A stretch of DNA of 19,735 bases from Hormoscilla sp. GTDB lineage: Bacteria > Cyanobacteriota > Cyanobacteriia > Cyanobacteriales > Desertifilaceae. Where the stretch lies: the NCBI GenBank assembly GCA_051439505.1, contig JBFRWI010000221.1, forward strand, positions 1 through 19,735, given 5' to 3'. Below the pieces are notes generated by a model, which ran no database searches, was not told the origin of the DNA, and saw only the letters and a list, made by a program, of their open reading frames with translations. The position numbers and the translations under genes were made by a program. Of the stretch, positions 1 through 6,878 are shown one piece after another (position 1 is the stretch's first letter; each line of letters opens with the position of its first letter).

Positions 1-40
1 GTTTAGCTTTGAATTGTAATTCATTGGTCTGCGCTGGCAT
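1..40 (-). CDS. 5' end of a gene running off the window (MPAQTNELQFKAK...), product unknown
   Basis: ATG at 40-38, frame open to the window edge; the ATG overlaps the TGA (42-40) of an upstream mini-ORF as TGATG. Only 13 codons visible. Confidence 0.5.
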   Translation of the reverse strand, partial: MPAQTNELQFKAK

Positions 41-72
41 CACCGCCAATTTTGGACATACCTTTTACGCAC
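40..72 (-). CDS. 10-aa upstream ORF (MRKRYVQNWR), a truncated paralog of the N-terminus of the 1471-1896 protein
   Basis: GGAGG Shine-Dalgarno, 5 nt, then GTG (72-70). Codons GTG CGT AAA AGG TAT GTC CAA AAT TGG align with GTG CAG AAA AGG TGT GCC CGA AAT CGG at 1896-1870. An in-frame ATG at 84 is an alternative start. Confidence 0.45.
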   Translation of the reverse strand: MRKRYVQNWR

Positions 73-240
73 TTCCACCTCCATGGGAAATCACTTCATT
101 AAGTGATGAAAGGCTGCGCTGAAGAGACTGAGATCGTAAAGACCGTCGAAGCCCGCTTCGTTGCCATCGGGATGCAAGACGATTGCATCTCCCGAAAGCA
201 AAAAATATTTCATCGCTACCGAGTCTCTACTCTACAATAA
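51..240 (-). promoter_or_regulatory. Promoter/structured 5' leader module, copy 1
   Basis: 120-159 matches 1944-1983 at 39/40 nt. Also shared with copy 2: TCACT-N6-AGTGA hairpin, GGAGGTGGAAGTGC RBS block and TCTACTCTACA box (226-236 = 2051-2061). Confidence 0.75.
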
Positions 241-347
241 CGGAATAAAGGATGACTCACGATCATGTTAGAGTTTACACGATTGAGTCTCGAACGGCAA
301 GAGAATCAAGTTTCTCATTTAAATCTTAAGTTGAAATAGGGTCTCAA

Positions 348-1376
348 TTATTTTTGATAAACCAAGGGTTCGGGTTCTGTAAAACTGGCAACAACATCCT
401 GTAAAATTTCTTCCAAGGATTTGCTCGGTTGCCAGCCAATATACTGCCGAATTTTACTATTATCGGGAACGCGGCGCTGCATGTCTTCAAAGCCCGGTGC
501 ATAAGCCTGTCCATAGGGAACAAATTCAATGGCAGATTGATTTCCTTGCTCTTTTGGGGTTGCCAGAGAAATCACTTTTTGGGCTAACTCTAAAATCCCG
601 ATTTCCTCTGTCGAACCCACATTGAAGACTTCTCCAATCGCTTCCCCACACTCGGACAGCGTTAATAAGGCTCTGACAGCATCGGCAACATGCAGGAAAC
701 AGCGACTCTGCCGACCATCCCCAAAAACGGTTAAGTTTTCTCCCTTCAACGCTTGCTGAACGAAGCGAGGGATGACCATGCCGTATTGTCCCGTTTGCCG
801 GGGACCGACGGTGTTAAATAAACGGGCAATGACAATCGGTAATCCTTTCTCACGATAATACGCTAAAGCTAAAAACTCATCCACCATTTTGGTCGCGGCA
901 TAAGACCAACGCGATCGGCAAGTGGGTCCCAACACGACATCATCATCTTCAACGAAGGGAACTTTATTGCCCTTTCCATATACTTCAGAGGTTGAAGCAA
1001 TCACGGTTTTCACCCGGTAACGAATCGCTGCTTGAAGAACGGACTCCATTCCCATCACGTTGGTTTCGATCGTGTGAACGGGCTTTTCGACAATCAACTT
1101 GACTCCAACTGCTGCCGCAAGATGAAGCGCGACATCGGCTTCTGACATTAACCGATCCAAGACGACTTCATCAGTAATGCTGGCATAGGCAAAGTGAAAA
1201 TTAGGATGGTTGAGAAGGTGGCGAATGTTATCCAAACTGCCCGTCGAGAGATTGTCAATGACTAAAACGCGACATCCTTGCTCGATCAAAGTATCGCATA
1301 TATGAGAACCTATAAATCCAGCTCCCCCCGTGACAAGGTAGGTTTTAGGTTGGGAAAACACTTTTGACGACACCAT
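348..1376 (-). CDS. NAD-dependent epimerase/dehydratase (extended SDR, WcaG/GalE/UDP-glucuronate decarboxylase-like)
   Basis: TGGAGFIG Rossmann motif, DNLSTG, HLAAAVGV, STSEVYG, YAATK (YxxxK), RLFNTVGPRQ, FGDGRQSRCF; 342 aa. Confidence 0.93.
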   Translation of the reverse strand: MVSSKVFSQPKTYLVTGGAGFIGSHICDTLIEQGCRVLVIDNLSTGSLDNIRHLLNHPNFHFAYASITDEVVLDRLMSEADVALHLAAAVGVKLIVEKPVHTIETNVMGMESVLQAAIRYRVKTVIASTSEVYGKGNKVPFVEDDDVVLGPTCRSRWSYAATKMVDEFLALAYYREKGLPIVIARLFNTVGPRQTGQYGMVIPRFVQQALKGENLTVFGDGRQSRCFLHVADAVRALLTLSECGEAIGEVFNVGSTEEIGILELAQKVISLATPKEQGNQSAIEFVPYGQAYAPGFEDMQRRVPDNSKIRQYIGWQPSKSLEEILQDVVASFTEPEPLVYQK

Positions 1377-1470
1377 TCAGTTTTAAGATTTTTTAACTTT
1401 TAGCCCAGTGTGACGAAAGTTGTGAAAAATGTCAATCTGTCAACAGAAGATCGATTCGTTACCAGATATA

Positions 1471-1896
1471 CTACATAAAGCGAAAATCTTTCACGCCGCC
1501 AAACTTCACCATCCGCGAATGCCGGCGAGTAAACTCACTCACGGATACATTGCCTCGGGGATCGATCACGCCAACAGCTTGCTGCCATAATGCTTGGGGG
1601 ACAGAGGAAACTCGATACTCGCGATCGCCCAAGCGACGGACGTGATACCAATCGACGGTTTCGCATTCGGGACACCAAAATGCTTCCAACCATTCTCCGG
1701 ATACCACCACCGAACCTCGTTGCGCGACGAGCATTAAAGCCGATCGCCGATTGACACCTCGCTCTTGTAGCTGTTTTGCCGAGTCTACATACAATGAATG
1801 CTTGGGACTGACACTATCTAAATAACAGCCATGAATGGGACAATAAATTGCTCTGCGCTTAGAGCGTTTCCGATTTCGGGCACACCTTTTCTGCAC
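1471..1896 (-). CDS. Hypothetical protein with an Arg-rich N-terminus and putative Zn ligands (141 aa from GTG 1896)
   Basis: KRCARNRKRSKRR N-terminus, CPIHGC and CPEC...YH motifs. GGAGG lies 5 nt before GTG 1896; the ORF-track start at 1902 overlaps the SD. Confidence 0.8.
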   Translation of the reverse strand: MQKRCARNRKRSKRRAIYCPIHGCYLDSVSPKHSLYVDSAKQLQERGVNRRSALMLVAQRGSVVVSGEWLEAFWCPECETVDWYHVRRLGDREYRVSSVPQALWQQAVGVIDPRGNVSVSEFTRRHSRMVKFGGVKDFRFM

Positions 1897-2065
1897 TTCC
1901 ACCTCCGGGGAAACTCACTTCGTTCAGTGACAGAAGGTTGGGTTGAAGAGACTGAGATCGTGAAGACCGTCGAAGCCCGCTTCTTAACCTCGATACGTAA
2001 CTTTGTTACGTTTGTCAAGGCCCAATAATATTTTGTATCATTACCAAGCATCTACTCTACAGTAA
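1874..2065 (-). promoter_or_regulatory. Promoter/structured 5' leader module, copy 2
   Basis: Block-wise match to 51-240; ACGTAAC-TTT-GTTACGT inverted repeat at 1995-2011. Confidence 0.75.
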
Positions 2066-2214
2066 AGCGTGATTTTTGTACAAGGGATCGATTGACAAAA
2101 TCATCCAAAATCAATGTCAACCCGTTTGTCGGCAACAAATTTTGTCCGGATCGAGTCAGTTATGTCAGTATGAAAATCAAGGGTCTCAATCTCATTCCTC
2201 ACGCGAAACGGGCT

Positions 2215-3087
2215 ATGTTGGAAAAATTCTCTCATTTCTTTTGGCGCAAGAAGCAACGGTGGTTGTATGGTTTGCTGAGTATTGTTACGGCTTTGAGCTT
2301 ATGGCTGGGAACCGCCCAAACCAGTCAAGGGATTTCATTAATCGAATTGATCTTGCGCGGCGCTCAAATCATTCAGTTATCGACGATTTCCGATAAACAA
2401 GAAGTTGCCCTCGGCAGCAAAATCAACGAACAGATTGCCGTACAGTTAGCGCGTCGGGGGACTCCCCTCGTTAAGGATCGCGCTTTGACTCATTATGTCG
2501 CACAAATCGGCAAGCGTTTGGTTCCCCATAGCGATCGCTCCGATATTCCCTATACTTTTCAAGTCGTTAACGATCCCAACGTCAACGCCTTTGCCACGAT
2601 GGGGGGTTTTGTTTATGTTAATTTGGGCTTGATGGCTTTAGCGAGCAACGAAGCGGAATTGGCGAGCGTCGTCAGTCACGAAATCGGTCACATTACCGGT
2701 CGCCACGCCATTAAACAGATGAAAGAACAGGCGATTACACAAGGCATTTTATCGGCGGCGGGTTTGGATACTTCCCAAGCCGTCCAAATCGGCGTACAGT
2801 TAGCGCTGAGCCTTCCCAATAGCCGAGGTGACGAACTCGATGCGGATAAGACGGGATTACAAACTTTGCGGGAAGCCGGATATTCTCCAGAAGCGATGGT
2901 GTCCTTTATGACCAAGTTGGGGCAGCAGGGAGGGGCGCGAGTGCCGAGCATTCTCAGTACCCACCCCGCCACGGGCGATCGCGTGCGAATTCTCCAAACC
3001 ATGCTACAGGAAAATCCTCCTCAACCCAATGAAATTGGGGGCACGGACAATCGTTCCTATGAAAATTTCATGCGTCGTTATATTTGA
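2215..3087 (+). CDS. M48 family Zn metalloprotease (BepA/YfgC-like), probably exported or membrane-anchored
   Basis: VNAFATMGG, ELASVVSHEIGH (HEXXH), ELDAD, LSTHP motifs; basic then hydrophobic N-terminus. ATG 2215 preferred over TTG 2092 (start uncertain). Confidence 0.9.
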   Translation: MLEKFSHFFWRKKQRWLYGLLSIVTALSLWLGTAQTSQGISLIELILRGAQIIQLSTISDKQEVALGSKINEQIAVQLARRGTPLVKDRALTHYVAQIGKRLVPHSDRSDIPYTFQVVNDPNVNAFATMGGFVYVNLGLMALASNEAELASVVSHEIGHITGRHAIKQMKEQAITQGILSAAGLDTSQAVQIGVQLALSLPNSRGDELDADKTGLQTLREAGYSPEAMVSFMTKLGQQGGARVPSILSTHPATGDRVRILQTMLQENPPQPNEIGGTDNRSYENFMRRYI

Positions 3088-3103
3088 TTATAGCCGCCGC
3101 GTT

Positions 3104-3134
3104 GGTTGCCGGGCTGAGGGAGCACCGGCAGACC
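3104..3134. terminator. GC-rich hairpin between the convergent M48 and sbtA genes
   Basis: GGTTGCCGGGCT-GAGGG-AGCACCGGCAGACC imperfect stem; no U-tract. Confidence 0.35.
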
Positions 3135-3150
3135 GCAACCCGTCTGGGAT

Positions 3151-4314
3151 TCAGCCGCCCAGCGCTTGGGCGAGCCCGATGAAGAGCGGTATTCCCAAGG
3201 CAAGCGCAACTGGCGTGCCGACGGCTGTGGAGGAGCCGATGTAGGCAGAGGGATTGGCCGACGGGATGCCGGCTCGTAAAGTGGGCGGCCCCGAGATGTC
3301 TGAACTGGAGGAGGCGATGACGGCCATAATAACGACACCGCCAAGGCTGAATCCCGTGACGTAGTGGGCAATCATGCCGAGACCGAAAGCAATGAACCCA
3401 TGCAGAAGCGGCGCAACAAAGGAATATAGGGCATACCACTGGCCCACCTTGCGCAGCTCGCCGAGCCTTGCTGTGGCCTCCATACCCATGACCAGCATCA
3501 GTATCGAAAGCAGACCTCGGAAGAGGGGATTGAAGAAGCTCTCATAGATACTTTCCGGCCGGGTTAGCAGACCTAGAGCGAGGCCGAGCAGCAGTGCCGA
3601 TAGGGCGGAACCTTGGAGGCTTTCTTGGATGATGGGCCAGATCTTGACCCGCTTGCCTTCGGTATCGCGCTGGGGATACCCGCGTGCGACAATGCCCTGC
3701 TCGCTGGAATACCCGCCTGCGGTATTGGAATACTCCCCTGCGGTACTGGAATACTCCCCTGCGGCAACGGGCTGCTTGCTGAGATATTCCTGCTTGTCGA
3801 GCTGCTCCTCTGCGGCACGGCGCTGCTTCTGCTTGTTGACATAAAGGCTAGCCACGACGATCGCAGTTACGAGCGCTGGGATGTCCATGAAGGGATAGAG
3901 GGCAGCAGCCCAAGGCTCATATCCTACACCTTCCGATTCCAGTAGCGTCAGACCGGCGGCGAGGGTAGAACCACTCACAGCACCGAACAAGCCTGCGGTC
4001 GCGATGGCATCCACGAATTTGACATTCGGCAGCTTGGCTAGGGTGTAGCGCCCGATGAATACGATAAAGATTCCCGTTACCACAGCGAACACCGCGGGCA
4101 ACAACATCTCCGTCAGATTGGCATTGCGGATCGCAATGCCGCCGCTCAGGCCGACTTTGATGAGCAGCATGAAGACGATGAACTTATAGACCGGATCTGG
4201 AATGGTCAGTCGGCTATTGACGGCGGCAATGACCATACCACCAATAAGAAAGCCCAGTGTCGGGGACTGCAACTTCCCCAGGAAGAGCGTCCAGAAATCG
4301 GACAAAAAATCCAT
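3151..4314 (-). CDS. sbtA: Sodium-dependent bicarbonate transporter SbtA
   Basis: MDFLSDF...LQSPTLGFLIGG start, GLFGAVSGSTL, LYPFMDIPAL, ASSSSDISGPPTLRAGIPSANPSAYIG; two hydrophobic halves around a central loop; GAGGAGG RBS. Confidence 0.96.
   Translation of the reverse strand: MDFLSDFWTLFLGKLQSPTLGFLIGGMVIAAVNSRLTIPDPVYKFIVFMLLIKVGLSGGIAIRNANLTEMLLPAVFAVVTGIFIVFIGRYTLAKLPNVKFVDAIATAGLFGAVSGSTLAAGLTLLESEGVGYEPWAAALYPFMDIPALVTAIVVASLYVNKQKQRRAAEEQLDKQEYLSKQPVAAGEYSSTAGEYSNTAGGYSSEQGIVARGYPQRDTEGKRVKIWPIIQESLQGSALSALLLGLALGLLTRPESIYESFFNPLFRGLLSILMLVMGMEATARLGELRKVGQWYALYSFVAPLLHGFIAFGLGMIAHYVTGFSLGGVVIMAVIASSSSDISGPPTLRAGIPSANPSAYIGSSTAVGTPVALALGIPLFIGLAQALGG
3704..3766 (-). repeat. Three in-frame 21-nt tandem repeats in the SbtA central loop
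   Basis: ctggaatacccgcctgcggta / ttggaatactcccctgcggta / ctggaatactcccctgcggca, encoding AGEYSST-AGEYSNT-AGGYSSE. Confidence 0.9.
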
Positions 4315-4538
4315 GTGTTAAATTCCTCCTCGATCGGATATTTATTAAGGGTCAGGACCGCAGGCAAGGGTGGCCTCGAATCCTGGGTAGCTGGCTCCGG
4401 TCATCCGGGTGAGCAGGGAGTCAACCCGCCAACGCAGTTGCATCTGCATCCCGGTGCGTCGCGTTAATCAGTGGTGATTCACCGAATGAGTGTCAAAGTG
4501 AGCGATCGTCCACTTCACTCTGGTGGATTACAAAATTC

Positions 4539-4554
4539 ATAGACTTTTATCTAT
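4539..4554. promoter_or_regulatory. NdhR/CcmR (LysR-type) operator ATAG-N8-CTAT upstream of sbtA
   Basis: ATAG-ACTTTTAT-CTAT exact motif match, 225 bp upstream of sbtA, an established NdhR/CcmR target. Confidence 0.75.
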
Positions 4555-4640
4555 GCGACTTTTCCTTTCCTTGTAGATGAGTCTATAGCAAAAACTTAAG
4601 AAAGTCTTCATTTGGCAAAATAATCTTTCAAATCTTATTG

Positions 4641-4655
4641 ATAAGTTATATTTAT
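4641..4655. promoter_or_regulatory. Second LysR-type box ATAA-N7-TTAT
   Basis: ATAA-GTTATAT-TTAT (T-N11-A core) in the AT-rich region upstream of sbtA; could be chance. Confidence 0.4.
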
Positions 4656-5012
4656 GTAACTGCCGTTCTCAGATAAGTTAGTGTGATATGCGATTGGTGA
4701 GATTGCTAGCTGCTGCGCAGCCGCTGCGAAGGCCGGGGGGAACTGTTGCGATCGCCCGGGTCGCTACCCAAAGGCTTGTTTCGCGGTCATCTCTTCTGGA
4801 AATTCTGGTGCCTCGGGCGATCGCTCTTGCACCGGTGCGGCGGACTGTGGCTGTGATTCCTGCTGTGCCGGTTATTAGGCTGTTGTCGAGAGGCATTGGT
4901 CCTGTCTTGCTGTAGCTGTCGGGTAGCGATCGCGCTCTGATACCGGCGTGACCGACTGTGGCTGAGGTTATGCTGGTGTAGAGGCTATTGAAAATGGGGC
5001 GATCGCTTAACC

Positions 5013-5044
5013 AATTCAAAATTCAAAATTCAAAATTCAAAATT
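5013..5044. repeat. Heptamer tandem repeat (AATTCAA)x4.6, STRR-like
   Basis: Read directly from the sequence. Confidence 0.9.
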
Positions 5045-5122
5045 GGGAAAATAGAAGAAGTGCAAGGGTTTCAGGATTTGGAGCCATGCAATTTAAATGC
5101 GCGATCGCATATGGGTGAGCGC

Positions 5123-5159
5123 AAACCTCGTTTCTTGGTTTCGGGAAAAGGGGCGATCG
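5123..5159 (+). repeat. 37-nt direct repeat, copy 1
   Basis: 35/37 identical to 5847-5883; last 30 nt GTTTCTTGGTTTCGGGAAAAGGGGCGATCG are exact. Confidence 0.85.
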
Positions 5160-5312
5160 GGCTTTACCGGTTGTCCGCTCCTATGCTGGAATAGAAAATC
5201 GATAATATCTGGTGAAGCATTATGCCCGATACCAAAGTCAAGTTAAAATCCGATATGTGAGCAAACCCGTAGAAAAGGGATATGAAGATAAAATAAATAT
5301 CCCACGATCGGG

Positions 5313-5362
5313 AAAAAAAATTAAAAAAACCCTTGACAAGTTCCACTCCCGTTAGCTATACT
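5313..5362 (+). promoter_or_regulatory. Strong sigma70-type promoter with an A-tract UP element
   Basis: AAAAAAAATTAAAAAAA, TTGACA (5333-5338), 18-nt spacer, TATACT (5357-5362). Confidence 0.7.
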
Positions 5363-5368
5363 TGATTA

Positions 5369-5585
5369 AGAAGAAAGGTTCATGGGGGCTTGTCAAATCA
5401 ACCGTTAACAAGCCCAAGCGAAACCAGGGATGCCCGGCCCGGACTGCGCAAAGAGCGCCCCACTTGGGTCAAGCAACGTTTCTGAGGCGCTTTTTTGCGT
5501 AACTCCGGGTCAGGTAAATCTCTAAATCGCTCACTTCTACTCCACATGGAGAGCCCTGTGGCAGGGTTCTCCTGCGCATTTTTAA
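5369..5585 (+). ncRNA. Candidate orphan small RNA with three stem-loops
   Basis: Downstream of the strong promoter; stems 5386-5393/5408-5415, 5446-5459/5486-5500 (with T6 run), 5548-5558/5562-5572; no credible ORF. Confidence 0.4.
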
Positions 5586-5794
5586 ATAATTTTTAATTTT
5601 CAATTGCTACGTCACGGTTTTACCCGATCGGGCCTTGTATTCCCCCTGCACCGGTCATCAAAATCTTTCGTTGTATCTCCGCCGTGGGAGTTGCGATCGG
5701 AAAATAGTTGAACGGGACGCATATATGGACACGGGTTCTGATATAACTTTTTACCCACTTGAAGTCATTCGGTGGGCGATCGGGCGTGCGTTCA

Positions 5795-5883
5795 GAAACC
5801 GGGTTTCTTGGCCAAATTATCGCTGGGAGTGCCAACATTGTGGCAGAAACCCGGTTTCTTGGTTTCGGGAAAAGGGGCGATCG
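5795..5883. repeat. AGAAACCGGGTTTCT / AGAAACCCGGTTTCT palindrome pair, plus direct repeat copy 2 (5847-5883)
   Basis: Two inverted copies of the 15-nt palindrome at 5795-5809 and 5845-5859, followed by HIP1 at 5877. Confidence 0.8.
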
Positions 5884-5904
5884 CTAACCAGATCGCTTAA
5901 CCTG

Positions 5905-6510
5905 CTACTCCAAAATACCCACCAACACCCGCACCAGATCCTCCACATCATCGGGCACTTTGTATCCCCCAATATCCTGAGTCACAAGCTTTTCCTGGCC
6001 ATCCAAACAACCAAACACCCAAAAACTACCAATTGTCACTGCCCCATAAATGTAGCGCGGTGCATCCTCATCTAATGAAAGGGCAATCATCTCTACTGCT
6101 AACTGGGTAAAGCCACGAGTTAGATCGTCCCGCTTCGCCTCTACCACTACAACCTGCTGCTGGGCCCGAATCAAATAATCTAAATTACCCTGAAGCCAAT
6201 TATTCACCTTGAGGGGATACTCAAATCGCAATACCTGATGGCAGATCGTTACTACCCGCAGCAGCACCGGAGCCACCAAAACCTCCCGTTTCGCCGCCTC
6301 ACTTGTCAGTAGCACGTAGGGTAACGTAGCTTCAATTTGCCCCTTTAAGTCAGACAGATCCGGTAAAGACTTTGTTGTTTTCGGCAAGGCCAGTCGCCCC
6401 TGGGCATAGCCATAGTCAAACTCTGCTAATATTTCATCGGGGTCGAAAGGCAGATCGAAGAACGATCTAAAGGTATAGTTAGCCTCTGGCTGCAAAATCT
6501 TCGGCATCAC
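5905..6510 (-). CDS. Hypothetical protein, probable PD-(D/E)XK restriction-endonuclease-like fold
   Basis: SEAAKRE, FEYPL, GNLDY...VVVEAK, QLAVEM, YGAVTIG..WVF pattern; GGAGGAG RBS; GTG 6510 or ATG 6507 start. Confidence 0.75.
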   Translation of the reverse strand: MMPKILQPEANYTFRSFFDLPFDPDEILAEFDYGYAQGRLALPKTTKSLPDLSDLKGQIEATLPYVLLTSEAAKREVLVAPVLLRVVTICHQVLRFEYPLKVNNWLQGNLDYLIRAQQQVVVVEAKRDDLTRGFTQLAVEMIALSLDEDAPRYIYGAVTIGSFWVFGCLDGQEKLVTQDIGGYKVPDDVEDLVRVLVGILE

Positions 6511-6540
6511 TCAACTCCTCCAAGAACGCGGCGTCTACTC

Positions 6541-6804
6541 CAATACTTCTCGGTTAAAAACTTGTCATTGCGAGGGGGGCAACTTACGAAACTATTTGTC
6601 GATCCTCGAAGCAATCCCCCCCGTTAGCGCAGCGGCCCGACGCAGGAGGGCTAGCAATCCCCCCGTCCTGTATGATATGAATAGCCCTTCTGCTTCGTCG
6701 GTGAGATTGCTTCGGGGGGGGGTTAACGAGCGTTGAGCGGGCCGTTAATCGCTACGTCCCCCCCCCTCGCAATGACAAATAACCGCAAAACCTACGAAGT
6801 ATTG
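6541..6804. mobile_element. MITE-like element A (264 bp), CAATACTTC...GAAGTATTG ends
   Basis: Terminal inverted repeat; degenerate 10-bp target duplication gcgtctactc/gcatctaata (7/10); left end identical over 17 nt to 16862-16878. Confidence 0.65.
6562..6778. repeat. Nested palindromic element GTCATTGCGAG...GAAGCAATC...GATTGCTTC...CTCGCAATGAC
   Basis: Perfect 18-bp IR 6562-6579/6761-6778 and inner 10-bp IR 6607-6616/6705-6714. Confidence 0.88.
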
Positions 6805-6843
6805 GCATCTAATATTCTAGGTTATTTCCCAATTATTCAACAA

Positions 6844-6871
6844 TTAGCCATTAGCCCTTAGCCATTAGCCC
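6844..6871. repeat. Heptamer tandem repeat TTAGCC(A/C) x4, STRR-like
   Basis: ttagcca ttagccc ttagcca ttagccc. Confidence 0.9.
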
Positions 6872-6878
6872 TTCACAA

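Noticed and set aside
120..159. GGCTTCGACGG in the leader core resembles the 5' part of tmRNA
   Set aside because: No GGGG-initiated acceptor stem, tag frame or matching T-arm/CCA end; it occurs twice in front of protein genes.
1995..2011. GTAAC-N3-GTTAC as an NtcA site
   Set aside because: Spacing is GTA-N7-TAC, whereas NtcA requires GTA-N8-TAC.
4678..5346. Short ORFs at 4678-5019, 4688-4915, 4988-5194 and 5164-5346
   Set aside because: No recognisable motifs or RBS; they run through HIP1-dense and heptamer-repeat DNA.
5620..6075. ORFs 5635-6075 (+) and 5620-5838 (-)
   Set aside because: They cross palindromic repeats, the first overlaps a real gene in antisense, and neither has family features.
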